This document shows, in pieces, positions 57,540 to 64,000 of a stretch of 64,000 bases of DNA; the stretch's first letter is position 1, and each line of letters opens with the position of its first letter. The stretch is from an uncultured Akkermansia sp. Its GTDB lineage: Bacteria; Verrucomicrobiota; Verrucomicrobiia; Opitutales; Opitutaceae. Below the pieces are notes generated by a model that did not search any database, was not told where the DNA came from, and was given only the letters and a program-made list of their open reading frames with translations. The position numbers and the translations under genes are program-made. Where the stretch lies: assembly GCA_966252115.1 (NCBI GenBank), contig CBINNW010000007.1, positions 2,142-66,141 on the forward strand. Direction: 5' to 3'.

Positions 57540-57736
57540 CTCCGTCTCCATCCCGCCCCATCGTCCGTCTCCATCTCAACCCACCCCCGACCGCCCTCGG
57601 CCCCCCCGCCGCGGGCGGTTCGCTTTTACACCGCGACGCGTTTTGCTGGTGCCCGGGCCCTCCTGTCCAGCCGCCCGCCCCGCCCGTCCCGCCCACCCCA
57701 CCCCAGCCCAGCGCCACCCCGCCAAACCGCTTTCCC

Positions 57737-59011
57737 ATGTCCAAGCTACCCGCCTCGCCCATCTACTCGTCCGAAGTCTTCTTGATGGCGTGCAAGCAGT
57801 TCGACCGCGCCGCCGACGCCATCAACCTGCCGGAGTCCATCCGCGACCGCACCAAACACCCGCGCCGCTCCGTCATCGTCTCGCTGCCCATCAAACGCGA
57901 CGACGGCTCGCTCGCCGTCTTCGAGGGCTACCGCGTCCAGCACAGCCTCTCCACCGGCCCGGCCAAGGGCGGCATCCGTTTCCACCCCGCCGTCAGCCTC
58001 GGCGAGGTCGCCGCGCTCGCCATGTGGATGAGCTGGAAAACCGCCCTCGCCGGCCTGCCCTACGGCGGCGCCAAGGGCGGCGTCATCGTCGATCCATCCA
58101 AGCTCTCCGAAAACGAACTCGAACGCCTCTCGCGCCGTTACATCCAGGAGCTCATCCCCTTCATCGGCCCGCACGTGGACGTGCCCGCGCCCGACATGGG
58201 CACCAACGAAAAAATGATGGGCTGGATGGTGGACACCTGGTCCAGCCACGTCGGCCGCCTCGACAACGCCGCCGTCACCGGCAAGCCCCTCTCGCTCGGC
58301 GGCTCGCAGGGCCGGCGCGAGGCCACCGGCGCGGGCGTGGCGTATCTGGTTTCCCGATACCTGGAGGAGATGAAGATCCCCATCCGCGAGGCCACCGTCG
58401 CCATCCAGGGCTTCGGCAACGTGGGCGGCGAGGCGGCCCGCGCCCTCGCCAAACGAGGCGCGAAGATCATCGCGATCAGCGACCACACCGGCGGCTTCTT
58501 CAACAAACGCGGCATCAACGTGGACCGCGCCCTCGCCTGCGTGGAGCGCATGCGCGACCTCGCCTCCTTCGACGGCGGCGACGAGCTTTCCCAGGAGGAG
58601 CTGCTCACCCTCGACTGCACCGTGCTCATCCCGGCGGCGGTGGAGCGGGTCATCACGCCGGGGCTCGTGCCGCGCCTGCGCTGCCGCCTGCTCGCCGAGG
58701 CGGCGAACGGCCCGGTGACGTTTTCCGCCGAAAAACTGCTGGAGAAACGCGACGACCTCGAGGTCATCCCCGACGTGCTCTGCAACGCCGGCGGCGTCAT
58801 CGTCTCCTACTTCGAATGGCTCCAGAACCTGGACAACTACTACTGGACCCGCGAGGAGGTGATGGAAAAACTCTTCCGCCAGCTGGAGCAGTCGCGCGAG
58901 GCGGTGGAGCGCCAGATGGCGCGCTACAAATTCAGCCGCCGCCTCGCCGCCCAGACCCTCGGCATCCAGCGCGTCGCCGACGCCAAGGCCGCCCGCGGCC
59001 TCTTCCCCTGA
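57737..59011 (+). CDS. gdh: Glu/Leu/Phe/Val-family (glutamate) dehydrogenase
   Basis: GPAKGGIRFHP catalytic Lys motif and Rossmann GFGNVG. ATG 57737. Confidence 0.9.
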   Translation: MSKLPASPIYSSEVFLMACKQFDRAADAINLPESIRDRTKHPRRSVIVSLPIKRDDGSLAVFEGYRVQHSLSTGPAKGGIRFHPAVSLGEVAALAMWMSWKTALAGLPYGGAKGGVIVDPSKLSENELERLSRRYIQELIPFIGPHVDVPAPDMGTNEKMMGWMVDTWSSHVGRLDNAAVTGKPLSLGGSQGRREATGAGVAYLVSRYLEEMKIPIREATVAIQGFGNVGGEAARALAKRGAKIIAISDHTGGFFNKRGINVDRALACVERMRDLASFDGGDELSQEELLTLDCTVLIPAAVERVITPGLVPRLRCRLLAEAANGPVTFSAEKLLEKRDDLEVIPDVLCNAGGVIVSYFEWLQNLDNYYWTREEVMEKLFRQLEQSREAVERQMARYKFSRRLAAQTLGIQRVADAKAARGLFP

Positions 59012-59076
59012 GCGGGCAAGAATGTCCCGTCCTCCTTCCTTCAGGCGAGGAACCCGGGGACATCGCCGACTCAGAT

Positions 59077-60495
59077 TCAATACAGCGGCGCGAAAGGCCG
59101 CACCACCGCCTCGAAAGCTTTCTCGCGCCAGGGCCGGCGGGCGAAGTCGCGGGGCGTGATCTCGGTCGAGGCCTCGAAGTCCGCCTCCAGCCGTCCGGCC
59201 AACTCCTTTACCGCGCCGGCCTCGCGCACCAGCACGCTCAGCTCGAAGTTCACCCGCATGGAGCGGTTGTCGAGATTGGCCGAGCCCACCAGCACCCAGT
59301 CGTCGTCGATCACGCCGGCCTTGGTGTGGTGGAGCGCCTCGGAAAACTCGAACAGCCGCACCCCCGCCGCCATGAGCTCGTCGTAGAACGAGCGCCCCAT
59401 GCGCAGCAGCGCGGGGTGGTCGGTCTTTTCCGTGATGAGCAGGCGCAGGTCCACGCCCCGGGCCGCGCAGAGCTCCAGCGTCGCGAGCATCGAGCCGTTG
59501 GGCACGAAGTAGCCGGTGGTCAGCCAGGCGCGGTGGCGCGCGTGGTTGAGCAGGGCCATGATGGATTTCTGCATCGGCTCCGAGGGGTCGTCCGGCCCGC
59601 CCGCCAGCACCAGGGCCACATGGTCGCCCGAGGCGTCGCGGTCCGGATAGTAGCAGGGCTCCATGACGCGGCGGCCCGTCGCGAAAAACCAGTCGTCGGC
59701 GAAACACTCCTGGAGCGTGCAGGCGACGGGCCCGGTGAGCTCCGCCTGAAGATCGCGCCACGGCCCCACCTCCGGATCGAGCCCCTGGTATTCGCGCCCC
59801 ACGTTCATGCCGCCGACGAAGGCGTAAACCCCGTCGATGATCTGCACCTTGCGATGATTGCGCAGGTTAAACAGATATCGGTGGCGCAGCGGATTGAGGG
59901 TGAGGAACCAGGAAAACTCGCCGCCGGCGCGGACGAGTTCATCAAAATGGCTCGAGCGCAGGAGCACCGACCCGAGCTCGTCCAGCAGCACCCTCACCTG
60001 CACCCCGCGCCGGGCCGCGGCCACCAGGGCGTCGCGCAGACGGGCGCCGACCGCGTCGTCGCGCCAGATGAAAAACTGGATGTGCGCGTGGTGTTTGGCC
60101 GACTCGATCCGGGCGATCAGCGCGTCGTAAAACGCGTCCGCGTCGTGCAGGAGCCGGAAGGTGTCGATGCCCGTGGGCGGGATGCCGTTGAGCCGCGCCA
60201 GCACGCGGGCCAGCGCCGCGTCGGCGGCGGGCACGGCGGCGAGCGATTTTTCCCAACGCACCTCGCGACGGCCACGCGGGAAAGGGGCGAAGCCCGCCCG
60301 GCGGCGCAGACGTTTCCGCCGCAGGCGGTCCGCGCCGATGCCCCAGTAGAGCAGCGCGCCCAGGTAGGGGAAAAGCAGGATGCCCCACGCCCACGCGAGC
60401 GTGGAGGCCGGCCGCTTGCGCAAGGAGAGCAGGTGAACGATGGCGACCAGCGCGATGAGATAAGCGACGAGCGTGAAGAGGTGGGATGGCTTCAT
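59077..60495 (-). CDS. cls: cardiolipin synthase (PLD superfamily)
   Basis: Two N-terminal TM helices and two HKD motifs (HRKVQIIDG.., HTKAGVIDD..GSANLDNRS). ATG 60495. Confidence 0.9.
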   Translation of the reverse strand: MKPSHLFTLVAYLIALVAIVHLLSLRKRPASTLAWAWGILLFPYLGALLYWGIGADRLRRKRLRRRAGFAPFPRGRREVRWEKSLAAVPAADAALARVLARLNGIPPTGIDTFRLLHDADAFYDALIARIESAKHHAHIQFFIWRDDAVGARLRDALVAAARRGVQVRVLLDELGSVLLRSSHFDELVRAGGEFSWFLTLNPLRHRYLFNLRNHRKVQIIDGVYAFVGGMNVGREYQGLDPEVGPWRDLQAELTGPVACTLQECFADDWFFATGRRVMEPCYYPDRDASGDHVALVLAGGPDDPSEPMQKSIMALLNHARHRAWLTTGYFVPNGSMLATLELCAARGVDLRLLITEKTDHPALLRMGRSFYDELMAAGVRLFEFSEALHHTKAGVIDDDWVLVGSANLDNRSMRVNFELSVLVREAGAVKELAGRLEADFEASTEITPRDFARRPWREKAFEAVVRPFAPLY

Positions 60496-60570
60496 TCGGA
60501 GCGGGCCGACAGCGCCGGACCGCCCGGCAAGAGAAACGCGAAGCGCGCCTTGGCGAGCCGGCCCCCGAGG

Positions 60571-60599
60571 AAAAATCCCCGGGGCGCGGGGCGGGGATT
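60571..60599 (-). terminator. stem-loop plus T-run downstream of the 60670 gene
   Basis: On the minus strand, AATCCCC-N12-GGGGATT followed by TTTTCC. Confidence 0.45.
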
Positions 60600-60669
60600 C
60601 ACCCCGCGTGGAGGTTTTCCCGCATCGGACGAACACCGCGAGCGCCGCGGTCGCCGCCCGCCGCCGGCC

Positions 60670-61473
60670 TCACCACCAACGCAGCTGCGCGGCGTGGTGC
60701 AGGGCCTTGTCGAGCTCGGGCAGGTAGGGGTGCCACATGCGTTCCCACTCCAGGCTGATGACGCCGTTGTAGCGGTCGGTCTTCAGGGCGTGGCGCAGCT
60801 CGGCCATGGGATATTCGCCGTCTCCGGGCAGGACATAGGTGTAGGGGTGGCTGCCGTTGGGCGTGGGCGTGCTGACGCTGTCCTTCACGTGCAGATGCAC
60901 GACGTGGTTGCGGATCACGTTCCAGGTCTGCGCCGGCGCCTCGCCGCCCTTTTTCCAGGTGTGGTGCACGTCCCACAGGATGCAGATCTGCGGGCAGTGC
61001 CCGATGAGTTCGTGCAGGGCGCGCGAGGTCACGAAGCCGTCGTGGGTCTCGACCATCAGCTCGACCGCCCAGTTGTTTTTGATGCGTTGTTCACGCCACC
61101 ACTTGAGCGTCGCGGCTGCCTCGGCCACCTCCGCGGCGTCGCCGGTCTTGCCGCCGTCGAACACGCGGAGCCAGGGCACGTCGGCCTCGTCCGCCCAGCG
61201 CACGAAGTGCTCGAGCTGCGCCCGGTCGATGTCGTCATGTCCGAGCAGCTTGAAGGACGTGCCGAGCGAGCAGATCTTCACGTGCCGCTGTTTCAGGTGG
61301 GCCGCCAGACCGGCCGGCGATCCGTAGTGCTCCTGAAACCAGGCGGGCAGATCGGTGGTGTTGTTGAGCGTGCGCAGCTCGAGGGTGAAGTAACCATGGC
61401 GAGCGGCGAGGGCGATGGCGCCGTCCAGATCGAGTTCCGGGCAGCCGAGGGTGGAGAAGGTATGCTGCATCAT
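60670..61473 (-). CDS. sugar phosphate isomerase/epimerase (xylose-isomerase-like TIM barrel)
   Basis: 267 aa from ATG 61473. ..FSTLGCPEL.., ..ELMVETHDG.., ..HLHVKD.., ..SLEWE.. are typical of the family. Confidence 0.8.
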   Translation of the reverse strand: MMQHTFSTLGCPELDLDGAIALAARHGYFTLELRTLNNTTDLPAWFQEHYGSPAGLAAHLKQRHVKICSLGTSFKLLGHDDIDRAQLEHFVRWADEADVPWLRVFDGGKTGDAAEVAEAAATLKWWREQRIKNNWAVELMVETHDGFVTSRALHELIGHCPQICILWDVHHTWKKGGEAPAQTWNVIRNHVVHLHVKDSVSTPTPNGSHPYTYVLPGDGEYPMAELRHALKTDRYNGVISLEWERMWHPYLPELDKALHHAAQLRWW

Positions 61474-61541
61474 GGGATAACGGGGTTGGGGTTGCCCCGG
61501 ATCATGGTCTCTTTTCTGTAGGCGCACAAGCCTGCCCGGCC

Positions 61542-61568
61542 CGCCGGAAAAATTAACTTTTTCCGGCG
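61542..61568. promoter_or_regulatory. 27-bp perfect palindrome CGCCGGAAAAA-TTAAC-TTTTTCCGGCG in a divergent promoter region
   Basis: 11-bp arms and an AT-rich core in a GC-rich genome. It sits between ATG 61473 (minus strand) and ATG 61623 (plus strand). Confidence 0.45.
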
Positions 61569-61622
61569 CGCCGACCGAAGCTTCCGCCCCGCCACCCGCC
61601 CCCAAACAACCCACCGACAACC

Positions 61623-62669
<1,047 letters not shown>

Positions 62670-62796
62670 TTTCGATCTTCGCCACAGAGATCACGGAGCG
62701 CGGACACGGAGAACACGGAGCCAATCAGAGGCTCCCGTCCTCCGGCCTTTCCTCCGTGAACTCCGTGTCCGCGCTCCGTGTCCTCCGTGTCTAAAA
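62670..62796. repeat. complete CACGGAG-unit inverted-arm element (type copy)
   Basis: Left arm 62670-62722, 27-nt loop, right arm 62750-62796. The arms are complementary unit for unit. Confidence 0.85.
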
Positions 62797-62816
62797 ATCA
62801 GATTTCCCAACACCCC

Positions 62817-63983
62817 ATGTCCTCCAACCGCAAACTTCGCTACGGCATGATCGGCGGCGGGCGCGGCGCCTTCATCGGCGCCGTGCATCGCATCGCCGCC
62901 CAGATGGACGGCCAGGCCGAGCTCGTCGCCGGCGCCTTCTCCTCCGACCCCGAGCGCTCCCACGCCTCGGGCGAGGATCTCTTCCTCGATCCCGCCCGCG
63001 TTTACGGCTCCTTCGCCGAGATGGCCGAGGCCGAGTCGAAAAAGCCCGCCGCCGAGCGGCTCGACTTCGTGGTCATCGTCACGCCCAACCACCAGCACTT
63101 CCCGCCCGCGAAGCTGTTTCTCGAAAAGGGCTTCAACGTCGTCTGCGACAAACCCGTCACCTTCGACCTGAAGGAGTCCCTCGCGCTGCGGAAAATCGTG
63201 GCGAAGAGCGGCAAGGTTTTCGCCCTCACCCACAACTACACCGGCAACGCGATGGTGAAACAGGCGCGCGACCTCGTGCGCTCCGGCAAGCTCGGCGCCG
63301 TCCGCAAGATCGTGGTCGAGTATCCCCAGGGCTGGCTCGCCACCGCGCTCGAAAAGACCGACCAAAAACAGGCCGCCTGGCGCACCGACCCCAAACGCTC
63401 CGGGGCCGCCGGCTGCATGGGCGACATCGGCACGCACGCCGAAAACCTCGCCCGCTACGTCACCGGCCTGCGCATCGCCGAGCTCTGCGCCGACCTCACG
63501 ACCTTCGTGCCGGGCCGCGCGCTCGAAGACGACGGCAACGTCCTCCTCCGCTACGAGGGCGGCGCCAAGGGCGTGCTGCACGCCTCGCAGATCAGCGTGG
63601 GCGAGGAAAACGCGCTGAGCCTGCGCGTCTATGGTGAGAAAGCCGGCCTCGAATGGCGCCAGGAGCACCCCAACCAGTTGCTCGTCAAATACGCCGACCG
63701 TCCCACCGAGGTCTGGGGCCGCGGCAACGGCTACGTCTCCTCCGTCGCCGCGCGCGGCGCCGCGCGCACCCCGGCCGGGCATCCGGAGGGCTACCTGGAG
63801 GCCTTCGGCAACCTCTACCGCGAGATCTTCCGGGCCGTGCGGGCGGAGGTATCCGGAAAAAAACTACCGCGGGATCCGGACTTCCCCACCATCGAGGACG
63901 GCGTCGAGGGCATGGCCTTCATCGAGACTGTGGTGAAAAGCTCCCGCCTCGGCGCCAAGTGGGTGAAGTTCCCGCGCGTGTAG
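62817..63983 (+). CDS. Gfo/Idh/MocA-family oxidoreductase
   Basis: N-terminal Rossmann [21 protein letters not shown] 62817 is preferred over the track start 62778, which lies in the repeat arm. Confidence 0.9.
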   Translation: MSSNRKLRYGMIGGGRGAFIGAVHRIAAQMDGQAELVAGAFSSDPERSHASGEDLFLDPARVYGSFAEMAEAESKKPAAERLDFVVIVTPNHQHFPPAKLFLEKGFNVVCDKPVTFDLKESLALRKIVAKSGKVFALTHNYTGNAMVKQARDLVRSGKLGAVRKIVVEYPQGWLATALEKTDQKQAAWRTDPKRSGAAGCMGDIGTHAENLARYVTGLRIAELCADLTTFVPGRALEDDGNVLLRYEGGAKGVLHASQISVGEENALSLRVYGEKAGLEWRQEHPNQLLVKYADRPTEVWGRGNGYVSSVAARGAARTPAGHPEGYLEAFGNLYREIFRAVRAEVSGKKLPRDPDFPTIEDGVEGMAFIETVVKSSRLGAKWVKFPRV

Positions 63984-63985
63984 CT

Positions 63986-64000
63986 GTAGCGTTGGCCGTC
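63986..64000 (+). repeat. GTAGCG-prefixed hairpin, truncated by the window end
   Basis: GTAGCGTTGGCCGTC is identical to 36752-36766 and begins 3 nt after the stop at 63983. Confidence 0.6.

Overview
High-GC (about 68-70% by eye) bacterial chromosomal segment. PEP-CTERM cargo, a fused SecDF, the PFOR/DHOD-like pair and the style of the intergenic repeats suggest Verrucomicrobiota (Opitutales-like); that is inference only. I call about 60 protein genes and one tRNA-Arg(ACG). Content is mostly housekeeping: (1) a near-complete molybdenum-cofactor locus (moaA, moaD, moaE, moeA, moaC, mog, MOSC, mobA); (2) a sigma-70 factor, rluA-type synthase, SDR and hpf; (3) surE, a SMUG1-type UDG, xseB and dxs; (4) engB, an OM barrel plus PEP-CTERM protein, and a two-component operon with an embedded cupredoxin; (5) rmuC, MFS, recJ, secDF, yajC and speA; (6) two ECF sigma modules, an ALDH and an NtrC-type activator; (7) trpG, nrdR, HIT, clpX, PFOR plus a DHOD-like gene, gdh and cls; (8) a sugar isomerase / Gfo-Idh-MocA trio. 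I found no CRISPR array, rRNA, transposase, integrase or recognisable defence system. Two things stand out. First, the intergenic space is dense with several families of structured repeats that the gene calls do not explain: nonamer-phased inverted-arm elements built from CACGGAG units, a CAGAGG variant, a GC-rich dyad element, 165-bp elements with terminal inverted repeats, a 69-nt repeat and small prefixed hairpins. They abut or overlap stop and start codons, and in one case act as terminal inverted repeats around a 370-bp cargo. Second, a compositionally atypical three-gene insertion lies at 36.8-40.2 kb (Spo0M/arrestin-like protein, membrane-anchored helical protein, TPR protein with a six-helix membrane domain). 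This is my best candidate for an undescribed module, but I cannot assign it a function. All homology statements come from motif recognition by eye, with no searches run. Repeat coordinates are good to about +/-3 nt.
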